DNA from: a candidate division TA06 bacterium SM23_40
GTDB taxonomy: Bacteria > LJUI01 > SM1-40
Assembly (NCBI GenBank): GCA_001303705.1
Contig: LJUI01000006.1
Location: 1-41,736 of the forward strand
Length of the DNA: 41,736 bases
Direction: 5' to 3'
The notes below the pieces were generated by a model. It was not told the origin of the DNA. It searched no databases and saw nothing but the letters and a program-made list of their open reading frames with translations. Made by a program: the position numbers and the translations under genes. The number at the start of each line of letters is the position of its first letter. Position 1 is the stretch's first letter. Of the stretch, positions 1-10,032 are shown piece after piece.

Positions 1-177
1 GTTCTCTGGGGCGATGACCGGAGGTGCCTTATACCGTCGCCAATCGCCTGCCGCAGGAGCGCGAGCACCACGGCGCACAAAGGCACAGCGGCATCTGAGG
101 TCCTGCTAAAGACAGGCTGCCTCGACGCCCGGAGCCGCCCAGATCTATCCGGCGGCCATGTCGAGCGCCCCCGTCGA

Positions 178-1488
178 TCAATAAGGGTAGAAGATGAAGA
201 AGAGGAGGGAGAGGAGGGAGAGAGGCCAGAGGCCGGGGTTGATGTCGGCTCGCCGACCGGCGGCCAGCTTGAAGATCGGATAGACGACGAATCCGGCGGC
301 GATGCCGATGCCGATGTTGTAGGTGAAGCTCATGAGGACGATGACGATGAACCCAGGCATCAGCTCGGTGAAGTCTTCAAATTTGATCTTGGTGACGGCG
401 GAGAGCATCAGCATCCCCACGATGATCAATGCCGGGCCGGTCGCCTGTCCCGGGATGGCGGTGAAGAGCGGGGCGAAGAAGAGACAGACGAGGAAGAGGA
501 GGGCAACGACCACGGCAGTCAGCCCCGTGCGGCCGCCCGCCTCCACTCCCGCGGCCGATTCTATGTAGGTGCCTGAGGTCGTCGTACCGACGAGCGCCCC
601 GAAGACGGTCGCCAGGGCATCGGCCAGCATCGGCTTCTCGATATCTGGAAGATTCCCGTCCTCATCGAGGAATCCGGCCCGCGCCGACACTCCGATGAGA
701 GTGCCCATGGTATCGACGAAGTCCATGATGAAGATCGTGAGAACGACGGCGAGGAATCCCCACGTGAGCGCTCCCAGGATGTCGATCTTGAAGAAGATGG
801 GCGCCAGTGAGGGGGGCGCGCTCACCCATCCCTCGGGAGCCTTTGTCACCCCTAGGGGAATCGACAGGAAGGTGATGGCCAGGATACCGATGAGTATCGC
901 AGCTCTCACCCGCTTCGTCATCAAGATCCCCATGAGGAAGAGCCCCAGGATCGCCAACAGTACTTCGGTAGATCTGATATCGCCCACGTGGACCGGAGCC
1001 CCGGGGATGCCGAGCGTCACGATCCCCGACTCGTTCAGGCCGACGAATGTGAGGAATAGACCGATCCCCGCCGCGAAACTGTACTTGAGCCCCATCGGTA
1101 TCGCCTTGGCCAGCCACGCGCGCAGACCTGCCACCGTCATCACTACGAAGATGATCCCGCTGAGAAAAATCGCCCCCAGGGCCTGCTGCCACGAGTATCC
1201 CAGCAGCTTGACGACCGTGAAGGCAACGAATGCATTCTCCCCCATGTAGGGGGCAATGGCGAACGGCCGCCTGGCATACACTCCCATGAGCAGGGTACCG
1301 AAGACAGCGGAGAGTATCGTCGCCACCATGGAGGGCCCGCGGGGGATGCCGGCAGCCATGAGAATGGCCGGGTTGACAATGACGATATAGACCATTGTCA
1401 TGAACGTCACCAGGCCGGCCATCGCTTCTGTCCGGATATTTGTGCCCTGACGACTCAGGCCGAAATATCTGTCCAGGGCGGCGCGCAT
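178..1488 (-). CDS. NCS2/AzgA-family nucleobase (guanine/hypoxanthine/adenine) permease
   Basis: 436 aa, many TM segments; motifs TE..AG..TF.TM.YI..VNP, APYMGENAF, DFVDTMGT, YIESAAGVEAGGRTG; RBS GGAGGAG upstream of ATG. Confidence 0.93.
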   Translation of the reverse strand: MRAALDRYFGLSRQGTNIRTEAMAGLVTFMTMVYIVIVNPAILMAAGIPRGPSMVATILSAVFGTLLMGVYARRPFAIAPYMGENAFVAFTVVKLLGYSWQQALGAIFLSGIIFVVMTVAGLRAWLAKAIPMGLKYSFAAGIGLFLTFVGLNESGIVTLGIPGAPVHVGDIRSTEVLLAILGLFLMGILMTKRVRAAILIGILAITFLSIPLGVTKAPEGWVSAPPSLAPIFFKIDILGALTWGFLAVVLTIFIMDFVDTMGTLIGVSARAGFLDEDGNLPDIEKPMLADALATVFGALVGTTTSGTYIESAAGVEAGGRTGLTAVVVALLFLVCLFFAPLFTAIPGQATGPALIIVGMLMLSAVTKIKFEDFTELMPGFIVIVLMSFTYNIGIGIAAGFVVYPIFKLAAGRRADINPGLWPLSLLSLLFFIFYPY

Positions 1489-1579
1489 TCACTCCTCCCC
1501 GATTATGGTCTATCGATCGGCATTCACTCGATCTGAACCCGGCTACTCCGCACGTCAATCCTCGACCGGAACGCGCAAG

Positions 1580-1608
1580 ACTATAGGGACCGTCTGCCCA
1601 TCTGTCAA
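1580..1608 (-). promoter_or_regulatory. sigma70-type promoter for NCS2 permease
   Basis: Minus strand TTGACA-N17-TATAGT. Confidence 0.75.
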
Positions 1609-1737
1609 GTGCCAATTGGGGTCGCGGTTCCGGCCCCCACTCATTCCCCCCTGGCGGGGGCACAGACCAGCAATCCGGACCCATGCAACCGGGCCGCGCC
1701 ATTGCAGATAGAGGGACGGTCAGCGCATAGATTTTCC

Positions 1738-1766
1738 TTGACACAGGGGAACTCATGTGCTATTAC
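1738..1766 (+). promoter_or_regulatory. sigma70-type promoter for ABC operon
   Basis: TTGACA-N17-TATTAC with TG at the extended -10 position. Confidence 0.6.
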
Positions 1767-1860
1767 TACGTCTCCAGTTGTGCGGAGAGGCGTCGCCAGC
1801 AGATTTCCCAGCGCCAGCAAGTTCCGGCGCTGGCTCAGTTTGTAAGCTCGAGGATATATC

Positions 1861-2841
1861 ATGATCGAAGCAACAAATCTCGTGAAGCGGTTCGGTCCTA
1901 CCGTCGCCGTCAATGATATCTCCTTCACGGTCGCCAAAGGAGAAGTCCTGGGCTTTCTCGGCCCGAATGGTGCGGGAAAGACAACAACGATGCGTATCTT
2001 GACCTGCTTTCTCGTCGCCGATTCCGGCACAGCCACCGTCGCGGGGTATGACATCCACGAGGATCCGATCGAAGTCCGAAGGAGGATCGGATATCTCCCG
2101 GAGACTGCACCCCTGTACAACGACATGACCGTTGTCGACTATCTCAACTTCATCGCCGAGGCCCGCGGTATCCGCAACGGCGGGCGCAAGGCCGCTGTCG
2201 ATCGTATGATCGAGGTGACGAGCCTGAAAGGTGTCACCAAGCAGTCGATCGGGTCACTCTCTCGAGGGTACCGACAGCGCGTGGGATTGGCCCAGACACT
2301 CATACACGATCCCGAGATCCTTATCCTCGACGAGCCGACGAGCGGCCTCGACCCCAATCAGATCATCGAGATCCGCGAGCTCATCAAGAGACTGGGCGAG
2401 GAGAAGACGGTCCTGTTGAGCACCCACATCCTCCCCGAGGTCTCAGCCACATGCAGTCGCATGATCATCATCGACCAGGGAGAGCTGGTTGCAAGCGGCA
2501 CTCCTGAGGAGCTGTCGAACCAGGCGAGCCGGGAGGGCACCACGGTAGTCTCGATCCGCGGCCCCCTTCCCGAGATCACCTCCACCCTCGCCGCCGCGCC
2601 GTGGGTCGCCGACTGGCACCAGGTGGGCGAGAGCATCGGCGACCTCCATCGCCTGAGGCTGCGAGGCAGTGAGGGCAGGGATATCGCGGAGGACCTGTTC
2701 CGGACCGTCGTGACCAAAGGGTGGAGTCTCGCTGAACTGTACCGGGAACAGGTGAGCCTCGAGGAGGTCTTCCTCCGTCTCACCATGAGCGAACGTGGAG
2801 ATGCAGCGAAGGAGGAGCGAAGCGAGGTGAATCCGGAATGA
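1861..2841 (+). CDS. ABC transporter ATP-binding protein (GldA-like)
   Basis: Walker A GPNGAGKTT, signature LSRGYRQR, Walker B ILDEPT, STH switch. Confidence 0.93.
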   Translation: MIEATNLVKRFGPTVAVNDISFTVAKGEVLGFLGPNGAGKTTTMRILTCFLVADSGTATVAGYDIHEDPIEVRRRIGYLPETAPLYNDMTVVDYLNFIAEARGIRNGGRKAAVDRMIEVTSLKGVTKQSIGSLSRGYRQRVGLAQTLIHDPEILILDEPTSGLDPNQIIEIRELIKRLGEEKTVLLSTHILPEVSATCSRMIIIDQGELVASGTPEELSNQASREGTTVVSIRGPLPEITSTLAAAPWVADWHQVGESIGDLHRLRLRGSEGRDIAEDLFRTVVTKGWSLAELYREQVSLEEVFLRLTMSERGDAAKEERSEVNPE

Positions 2842-3548
2842 CGAACACACTAACCGTCTTCAAGAAGGAGTTCCGCACGTACTTCGCTTCCCCCATGGGA
2901 TATATCTACATCACTGTCTTTCTCGTGGCTACGAACTGGCTGTTTCTTCGGGGATTCTTCCTGATCAACCAGGCCTCATTGAGGGGGTTCTTCGGCGTTC
3001 TCCCCTGGATATTCCTGCTATTCGTGCCGGCCGTCACGATGCGGCTCTGGGCCGAGGAACGGAAGGTAGGCACGGCAGAAGTGCTGATGACGTTGCCACT
3101 CCGGGATCACGAGATAGTCCTCGGGAAGTTCCTCGCGAGCCTGGCATTTGTCGCCATCTCCCTTGCCCTCACCCTGGTGCTTCCCATCACCACAGCCATC
3201 ATCGGCAGCCCTGACACAGGATCGATCATCGGCGGGTATATCGGAGCCCTGCTGTTGGGCGCCGCATACCTCGCTATCGGCATCTTTGCCTCCGGCCTCA
3301 CAGAGAACCAGATCGTCGCATTCATAGTCGGCATCGCGATCTGCTTTGTGCTGCTCGTTCTGGGCGAGAACATCGTCCTCTTCACTCTGCCGACGCCACT
3401 CGTGCCGGTCTTCGAATTTCTCGGACTGGGAGCTCACTTCCGGAGTATCTCAAGAGGAGTGCTCGACTCCCGCGATATCGTATACTACCTGTCTGTGGTG
3501 GTGCTCTTTCTCTATCTCAATCTGAGAACACTCGAAAACCAGAGGTAG
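2838..3548 (+). CDS. ABC-2 type permease (GldF-like)
   Basis: About 6 TM; motifs KE.R.YF.SP, P..TMRLWAEE.K.GT.E.L.TLP, GKFLA; ATGA overlap with upstream gene. Confidence 0.9.
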   Translation: MTNTLTVFKKEFRTYFASPMGYIYITVFLVATNWLFLRGFFLINQASLRGFFGVLPWIFLLFVPAVTMRLWAEERKVGTAEVLMTLPLRDHEIVLGKFLASLAFVAISLALTLVLPITTAIIGSPDTGSIIGGYIGALLLGAAYLAIGIFASGLTENQIVAFIVGIAICFVLLVLGENIVLFTLPTPLVPVFEFLGLGAHFRSISRGVLDSRDIVYYLSVVVLFLYLNLRTLENQR

Positions 3549-3605
3549 CACAACAGACAGGACTATTCTGTCACAACTTCATTCATCAACGGGAGATCTC
3601 TGGTC

Positions 3606-5189
3606 ATGACCTCTCGCAGGGCCACTCAGCGGACAACCTCCATCACTCTCGTCGTGATACTGGTGGTCATCCTCATCGTCGCCAACATACTTGCTGCCAG
3701 ACGATTCGTCAGAGTCGATCTCACAGATGGGAAGATCCACACGCTCTCAGCCGCAAGCCGCCGCATCGCTTCCAGGCTCGATGACTTGCTGACGATCGAA
3801 GTCTACATCTCCGATAAACTCCCCCCACACCTCATCGGGCTGCGCAACGATATCGAAGACCTACTTACCGAATACCGTGCGTACTCGGGCGGCAATATCA
3901 ACGTACGGGTCCTCGATCCGGCAGATGATCCCGAGATGCAGCGCAAACTTCAACACCTCGGTGTCCCCCGCGTTCAGATGAACATCATCGAGCGAGATCA
4001 GGCACGAGTCATCAGCGGCTATCTCGGAATGGCACTCTTCTACGAAGACCGGGCTGAGGTGATACCGGTGATCGAGGCCACGTCGATGCTCGAGTACGAT
4101 CTCTCCGTCGGCATCATCAAGGTAACCGGTGAGCGGAGGCCGAAGATCGGTTTCCTCCTCACGGGGAGCGAGTACGATTTCGTGGAGGATTTCGAGTCAC
4201 TTCGCTCTGAATTGACACGACAGTATGACGTGCGGGAGGTGACGCTCGACCGCGCAAGGGGAATACCCGAGGATATCAACACGCTCCTCATCATGGGCGT
4301 ACGCGATCTCGATGAGTGGCAGCAGTACCAGATCGATCAGTTCATAATGCGCGGCGGGAAGAGCTTGTTCATGATCGATGCAGTGGAGATCGGCGAAGGA
4401 CTCATGGCGGTTGCGCAGGAGGCCGTCCCGTATGATCAGCTCCATCACTACGGGATCGACGTCCAGAAGAATCTCGTGCTCGATGCATCCAATGAGATGG
4501 CATCATTCAGCTCGGGCTTCTTCAGCTTCTTCGTCCCCTATCCGTTCTGGGTCAAGGTACGGCAAGAGGGATTCTCACAGGACAATCCCATCGTCAGCCG
4601 GCTCGAATCGCTCTCTCTCCCCTGGACGAGCTCCCTCGAGACCGTCCCCGATATGGGGCCCGAGGTCGAGGTCATCCCCCTGGCGAGATCGAGCCCGCGG
4701 AGCTGGCGGCAGGCAGAACGTTTCGATCTCAACCCGCAACAGGATTTCGGGGCCTGGATGATCGGCGACCCACAGCCGGAGATGGTTGTCGCCCTACTCT
4801 CCGGGAGTTTCACCAGCTATTTCGCCGAACGCGATGTGCCGGCCCCGGAACAGGGGCCCCCGCCCCCTCCCGAGGAACCGATCGCCGAGAGTCCGTCCAA
4901 TCAGATGATCGTCATCGGGAATTCGCGTCTGGCGACCGATGACTTCATGTCTCGCTTCCCGGCCAACATGGTCTTCCTCCTCAATACCGTCGACTGGTTC
5001 AGTCTGAGCGAGGATCTGATCTCCATACGGTCCCGGGGCGTCACAGACCGGCCGCTCTCCCAGCTCACACAGCCCCAGAAAGCCGCATTCAAGATAGTCA
5101 ACACCTATGCGATGGCTCTCGCCATCGTGATATTCGGTCTGGCACGGCTCGTTCTGCGACGACGAGACAGGCTGGCTGGCGGAGGATAG
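3606..5189 (+). CDS. GldG-like ABC accessory membrane protein
   Basis: N-terminal TM, R.DLT....TLS, IDQFIMRGGK, N..F..N.VDW, IRSR, C-terminal TM. Confidence 0.85.
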   Translation: MTSRRATQRTTSITLVVILVVILIVANILAARRFVRVDLTDGKIHTLSAASRRIASRLDDLLTIEVYISDKLPPHLIGLRNDIEDLLTEYRAYSGGNINVRVLDPADDPEMQRKLQHLGVPRVQMNIIERDQARVISGYLGMALFYEDRAEVIPVIEATSMLEYDLSVGIIKVTGERRPKIGFLLTGSEYDFVEDFESLRSELTRQYDVREVTLDRARGIPEDINTLLIMGVRDLDEWQQYQIDQFIMRGGKSLFMIDAVEIGEGLMAVAQEAVPYDQLHHYGIDVQKNLVLDASNEMASFSSGFFSFFVPYPFWVKVRQEGFSQDNPIVSRLESLSLPWTSSLETVPDMGPEVEVIPLARSSPRSWRQAERFDLNPQQDFGAWMIGDPQPEMVVALLSGSFTSYFAERDVPAPEQGPPPPPEEPIAESPSNQMIVIGNSRLATDDFMSRFPANMVFLLNTVDWFSLSEDLISIRSRGVTDRPLSQLTQPQKAAFKIVNTYAMALAIVIFGLARLVLRRRDRLAGGG

Positions 5190-5199
5190 GGCACCCACG

Positions 5200-6177
5200 A
5201 TGAAGCGCAGACAATTCCGGCCCCTCCTGTTCGCCCTGGCGGCACTCATCCTCCTGTTCCTTGTCTCGGAGGGGGTCCTGAGGCTCGGGAGACGCGAACC
5301 GCGCTCCACGACGCTCTTCCCCGACTTCGATGGCTCGAGAGTGGAGGCGATCAGCATTGCGCGGCGAGCGACCTCGGTCCGTCTGACTCGTGCGGCGACA
5401 GGGTGGAGGGTCCACTCGGACACCATGTCCTATGGCGCAGATCCCGATATCGTCGATCGGCTCATCACTGCCCTGGCAGATATGGAGGGCAGTCTGGTAT
5501 CGCATAATCCCGCCAACCACGCCGTCTTCGAGGTGGATAGTGTGAACGGTACCAGTGCCGCAGTGCTGGATGCGGCCGGCCTGCCGCTCGCGTCTCTTGT
5601 CATAGGGAAGACCGCCCCCAGTATGGCGGGGACATATTTGCGGCGCGCGGATGAGCCAGAGGTATACCTCACCGATAGCTTTCTGCGGTCGATCTTCTCC
5701 CCCAATCTCAGGACGTGGCGGAACAGAAAGATACTCTCTTTCGAGCCGTCCGAACTGCGCAGCATAGAACTAGAGTCTCCGACCGAATCGATCCGGTTGG
5801 AGCGGACTGACGCTGACACGCCCTGGCAGATGACGCATCCCGAGGAGTGCCTCGCCGATGCCGCAACCGTCGACGGAATGACCCGGATCTTATCCCATCT
5901 CACCGCATCTGATTTCGCACCAGACACCCTGAGCCCCGAGAATGCGGGCTTGACACCGCCGCAATATCGGATCATGATCGAACTGGCGAGCGGTGAGAGC
6001 AGGGAAGTCCTCGCCGGCGGGGACCCGGAGGCGGTACGGCTCAATGTACAGATCTCCGGGGAGAAGACGACCTATATCCTGCCGAGAGTATCGATCGAAA
6101 TGGTGATGAAAGGGCCGGAGGAGCTCAAAGCGGAAATTGAGGATCCGGTCGCCCCGGAAAGCGTAGAGACGAAATAG
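5200..6177 (+). CDS. DUF4340-like membrane-anchored protein
   Basis: N-terminal anchor and two repeated units (I.....L.R....W....AD...VD); WRNR.IL; typical position after GldG-like gene. Confidence 0.75.
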   Translation: MKRRQFRPLLFALAALILLFLVSEGVLRLGRREPRSTTLFPDFDGSRVEAISIARRATSVRLTRAATGWRVHSDTMSYGADPDIVDRLITALADMEGSLVSHNPANHAVFEVDSVNGTSAAVLDAAGLPLASLVIGKTAPSMAGTYLRRADEPEVYLTDSFLRSIFSPNLRTWRNRKILSFEPSELRSIELESPTESIRLERTDADTPWQMTHPEECLADAATVDGMTRILSHLTASDFAPDTLSPENAGLTPPQYRIMIELASGESREVLAGGDPEAVRLNVQISGEKTTYILPRVSIEMVMKGPEELKAEIEDPVAPESVETK

Positions 6178-6344
6178 ACGAACGAAGAGACCGAACGCGG
6201 GCATCGGTCGTTCAACAGCGAGGCCGAGGCGGTCTCGCTTGAATTCTTGTTGCTGCCGCAGTAGATTGGCCGGTCACCGTCGGGTCCTGACGGGGCTATT
6301 GCACCGGAAGTGTCACGTGTGGGCCCGCGGGAGAGGAGATTGCC

Positions 6345-8738
6345 GTGCCCCCCTCCACATTGCCGTCTCAGGTGATAGATCTTCTCACACAGATGATCGA
6401 CGACGCCGTCACTACGGTAGACGCCGACGGGGGGAGAATCCTGCTTCTGGAGAGAGAAAGCGGGACGTTCACGAGACAGATCGAACGCGATTTCGATAGC
6501 ACCGCGCTCGAGGCGCCCCCCGACGTCAAGGCCACTCTCCATGCCTGGCGTCGCAGGATCATCGAGCGCGAGGAGGTTCTGACGATTCATGATCTACCGG
6601 CCGCCCGACGGATCACATCTCCAGCTCAGGGGCAGCCTGTCCCACCTGTCTATCGCTCCCTGCTCGGCATCCCGATCTGTGCACGGGGGAAGGTGCTCGG
6701 CCTGCTCGAGCTCGCGGGACGGCGGCCGGGCAAGTTCACCGGCCGGGAGACCACATCGCTCAAGCTCGTGGGAAGAGAGATGGGGCTCATATTCGAACTG
6801 GCAAAGCAGGGGTGGGAATCGCGCATTACCGCAGATCGTTTTCGTCTGCTGAACGATACGACGCAATCGCTCAGTTCGTGTACGCTCGCCGAGGACATCT
6901 TCGGCACTCTGTCCCAGGGCGTGCGCAGTATCTACGCTGATGGCCTCTGCCTCGTAATCATCGTTGACCGATCGAGAGGTATTCTCAGAACCGTCCTGCG
7001 TGCATCGCCCGAGGGCAGTGAGCAGACTGACGGACCGGCATTCGACATCACACCGGCGTACGACCCCATCCTTACCAGGCAGGAGCTGATGGTCGCGCGT
7101 GACCTGGCTACTGCGGCGCGATGTCCCCACGAGAAAGTGTTGTCGGGAGAGGGCTGCCGAACGTCGATATCGATCCCCATCGCCGCCGGCGATCACGTGC
7201 TCGGCATCCTCGCCATCGGAAACCCCCAGCCCGTAGTCCACGAGACGGGCGACATCGACCTGCTTCTGACGATGGCGCACCACGCTGCCGTCGCCCTCAT
7301 GAACGCAAGAGTCCACGCCACCTTACAGCAGAAGGCCAAGAAGTATCGAGCTCTGATAGAAGACGCCCCTGAGGCCATACTGCTTATCGACGTGACATCA
7401 GGAGCGATAGTAGAGTCGAACTCGGAGAGTCGCTCGCTTACCGGATACGACAGACATGAACTGATCGGGCAACCGATCGTATCCCTGGTGCCGTCAGATA
7501 GCCAATCTGCGCTCCGCGACGCTTTGAGGTCGACCGAGCGGGGCACGGAGGTTACTACTGTTGAGATCGGGTTCGTGCTGAAGGATGGAACTCTCATCGA
7601 TGCGGAGATCAGGCTGAGGGCTGTGTCCCTTGAAGGAGGAGGTCTGGCTGAAGCCGCCGTCCGCGATGTGAGTCGGCAACGCCGCGCCGCGAGAGACATG
7701 CGCCGACGCCTCGAGGATCTCACCGTCCTGAATACGATCTCCGAAACTCTCGCTCGCTCCGGCAGTCTCGACCATATGCTACGCTCCGTGCTCGATAATG
7801 CTCTCCAGCTCGCCGGCTTCGACGCAGGGGGCATCTTCCTCCTGGACGAAGCAACATCTCAGGAGAGGCTGATGTGCTGGGCCGGCGTAGCTTCCGCCCT
7901 AGCAGAGGGCCCGGATTTCCGCGACTGGGGACACGCGATCGGGCGCTATCTAGGTGAGACTGCGGGCGCCCTCATCGTGGAAGAGCTCGCGAAGGATCAG
8001 CGATTCGCCCACTCCCCCATCGCCAAGCAGGGATATCGCAGCTTTCTTGCCCTCCCCCTCAGGATATCGCAACGGAATCTCGGCTCGCTATGGATGGCCT
8101 CGCGAAGCCTGCGGGAAGTGAAGGGTCGGACCGTATCGCTTCTCTCCCATGTCGTCCGCCACCTGGCGTTGGCGATCGACGAGTTCCACGCCATAGAGAA
8201 TCTGCGCCGGTCCGAGGCGGACAGCAGACTTCTCTTCGAATCGGGGATCCAGGCGGTGGCAATCGTGAACGCTGATGGGTCTATTGTCCGTGTCAACAGT
8301 CGATTCGAGCAGTTGACAGGGCAGCGTGCAGGCGAGATCGTAGGCCGCGTCAACCTGCGAGGCATCCTCGGCTGCCAGTTGCTGCCCAAGACGCCAGTCC
8401 CCGAGGGAGCCGGGAACGCCCGAGCAGCACCGATGCACTACGACATCAGTGTGCCTGACAACGATGGTGAGGAACGCTGGCTTGACGTCGCCATCTCCGG
8501 GCTGCCGGAGGGCGATCAATACCTCGTCTCCATTCTGGACGTAACGGATCGCAAGCGCGCTCAGATCGCCCTCGCCAGAGAGAACGAGGAACTCCGCCAG
8601 CAGGTCCAGGACCTCGAGCGGTTCAATCGGTTCAGTATCGGCCGGGAGCGAAGGATTCACGAACTGAAGGCTCGCATCGATGAGCTCGAGGGAAGACTTC
8701 CCCAGCAGGAAAGACAGAGGCGGAAAGAAAGTCGATAG
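6345..8738 (+). CDS. GAF-GAF-PAS-GAF-PAS sensory protein with C-terminal coiled coil and no catalytic output domain
   Basis: GAF motifs (SLLGIPI...GKVLGLL; SISIPI....VLG; SFLALPL), PAS S-box motifs (YRALIEDAPEAI...LTGY...LIG; RDVS; DVTDRK); GTG start after GAGGAG. Confidence 0.8.
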   Translation: MPPSTLPSQVIDLLTQMIDDAVTTVDADGGRILLLERESGTFTRQIERDFDSTALEAPPDVKATLHAWRRRIIEREEVLTIHDLPAARRITSPAQGQPVPPVYRSLLGIPICARGKVLGLLELAGRRPGKFTGRETTSLKLVGREMGLIFELAKQGWESRITADRFRLLNDTTQSLSSCTLAEDIFGTLSQGVRSIYADGLCLVIIVDRSRGILRTVLRASPEGSEQTDGPAFDITPAYDPILTRQELMVARDLATAARCPHEKVLSGEGCRTSISIPIAAGDHVLGILAIGNPQPVVHETGDIDLLLTMAHHAAVALMNARVHATLQQKAKKYRALIEDAPEAILLIDVTSGAIVESNSESRSLTGYDRHELIGQPIVSLVPSDSQSALRDALRSTERGTEVTTVEIGFVLKDGTLIDAEIRLRAVSLEGGGLAEAAVRDVSRQRRAARDMRRRLEDLTVLNTISETLARSGSLDHMLRSVLDNALQLAGFDAGGIFLLDEATSQERLMCWAGVASALAEGPDFRDWGHAIGRYLGETAGALIVEELAKDQRFAHSPIAKQGYRSFLALPLRISQRNLGSLWMASRSLREVKGRTVSLLSHVVRHLALAIDEFHAIENLRRSEADSRLLFESGIQAVAIVNADGSIVRVNSRFEQLTGQRAGEIVGRVNLRGILGCQLLPKTPVPEGAGNARAAPMHYDISVPDNDGEERWLDVAISGLPEGDQYLVSILDVTDRKRAQIALARENEELRQQVQDLERFNRFSIGRERRIHELKARIDELEGRLPQQERQRRKESR

Positions 8739-8801
8739 GGACCACCGACACGCTCTACCGCCGCAACCCCAACTCTCCGCAGGCGTGGCCCGATGCGAAG
8801 A

Positions 8802-9566
8802 TCATCGCTCCTGCGATGGGCCGCGCAGCGGCGGCTCGCCCTTCACAGACCCGATGATTTCGACGGCCTGAGCCATCAGCGACCGCTCCCCTGTGATCGC
8901 CAGGACTACCGCTCCTTCGGAACCGAACACACCCCCTGAGGCGAAGTGGACGGCATCGACGTCCGCGAGAATCCCGAGCGCCTCTATCTCAGTCACCACA
9001 TTGGCGTTGACGACCGGCATGAGCGCACAGGGTCGACCGTCTACGCAGTCGAATTCCTGTTGTCCCCCCACAAGAGAGGCATTGATCACCGACGGAATGA
9101 GCTTTTCCAGGCCGACGGGAACGATGAAGTGTGCGCCGCGGGCCAGAACGATCCCCATCGCCTGGGCAACGGTGCCCCCTGTCGGGCTCCCCATCAGAAT
9201 GCCCACATTCCCCTCCGGATCGACGGCATTGGCACCCTTGATGAAAACGTCGTCGGAGCTGAACTCCTGGAGCGCCTCCGGGGGGCTCATCTCCACGCGA
9301 CTGCCGTCCTTGAGAACGATGGGCCTCTGCCTCTCCTCCTTACCGAGAACCGCGAGTTCACCGTGCCCGATGTACCCGGCGACATGGCGCTCCTTTTCCA
9401 ACGGCTGTTTGAGCAATTCCTCCGCGACGTACGCATTAGTCGTCCCCCTCCCGATCACGATCCATCCGCGCTCCAGTGCCTGTCTCACTTCAGGCATGCC
9501 GGCTACCGCCATCGCGATCAATCGTTTCGACTCGGAAGGGAGAAGCACGCAGAGTGCGTTCGCCAT
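8802..9566 (-). CDS. conserved hypothetical protein, possible NagB/RpiA/CoA-transferase-like fold
   Basis: ESKRLIA, GTTNAYVAEE, FIKGANAVD, PVGLEKLIP motifs; AGGAGG best spaced to ATG at 9566 (ORF track starts 9572). Confidence 0.7.
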   Translation of the reverse strand: MANALCVLLPSESKRLIAMAVAGMPEVRQALERGWIVIGRGTTNAYVAEELLKQPLEKERHVAGYIGHGELAVLGKEERQRPIVLKDGSRVEMSPPEALQEFSSDDVFIKGANAVDPEGNVGILMGSPTGGTVAQAMGIVLARGAHFIVPVGLEKLIPSVINASLVGGQQEFDCVDGRPCALMPVVNANVVTEIEALGILADVDAVHFASGGVFGSEGAVVLAITGERSLMAQAVEIIGSVKGEPPLRGPSQER

Positions 9567-9776
9567 AAGCATTACCTCCTCCGGGTTGTCCCCCCATCGC
9601 TGCGTCAGGACGTGCGCGCGCCGAGGCGCCTCCTGTACCTGCTGGCACCAGCCTATACCGTCACCGCTACCAGATCAACACCAATCGTACCTACACCCGA
9701 TACCCGAGGGGACAACCCGAAACTTCCCCGTGGGACACCTGCTCGGGATATATTCCGAAGAATCGGCAGAAAAGTG

Positions 9777-9806
9777 TTGACACCGATATCGGCCTCTGCA
9801 TATACT
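9777..9806 (+). promoter_or_regulatory. sigma70-type promoter for citrate synthase with palindrome in spacer
   Basis: TTGACA-N18-TATACT; spacer contains CCGATATCGG. Confidence 0.6.
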
Positions 9807-10032
9807 GACCCACGCTCGGCGCTCGATCTCGACTCCGGGAGACGGAAGAAGCTCGTCATCAGTACGTTGCAACCTCATGTCACTCCGTCGGATCCGCCGT
9901 TAGCATTCTTACCTCCCGTCGGCACCTATCCCAATGGTGTCACATTTCATGCTGGAGCAGCCCTCGTCCGAAGAGGTGGGCACGCCCGGCATGGCGCAGC
10001 GTTCAAATCTAACCACAGGAGGTTGTGTGTCT

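Noticed and set aside
1-177. Partial CDS at the left edge
   Set aside because: No frame with a recognisable motif or convincing start; too short to call.
1489-1575. Purine riboswitch upstream of the NCS2 permease
   Set aside because: The roughly 85-nt leader lacks the purine aptamer core (TATAAT...GATATGG...GTTTCTACC) on inspection; an Infernal scan would be decisive.
9934-10032. N-terminal extensions in the ORF track (citrate synthase; also HMGCS from 21227, MBL from 20183, BCCP from 28027, hydratase from 25776)
   Set aside because: RBS position and family N-termini favour downstream starts; several extensions overlap promoters or neighbouring genes.
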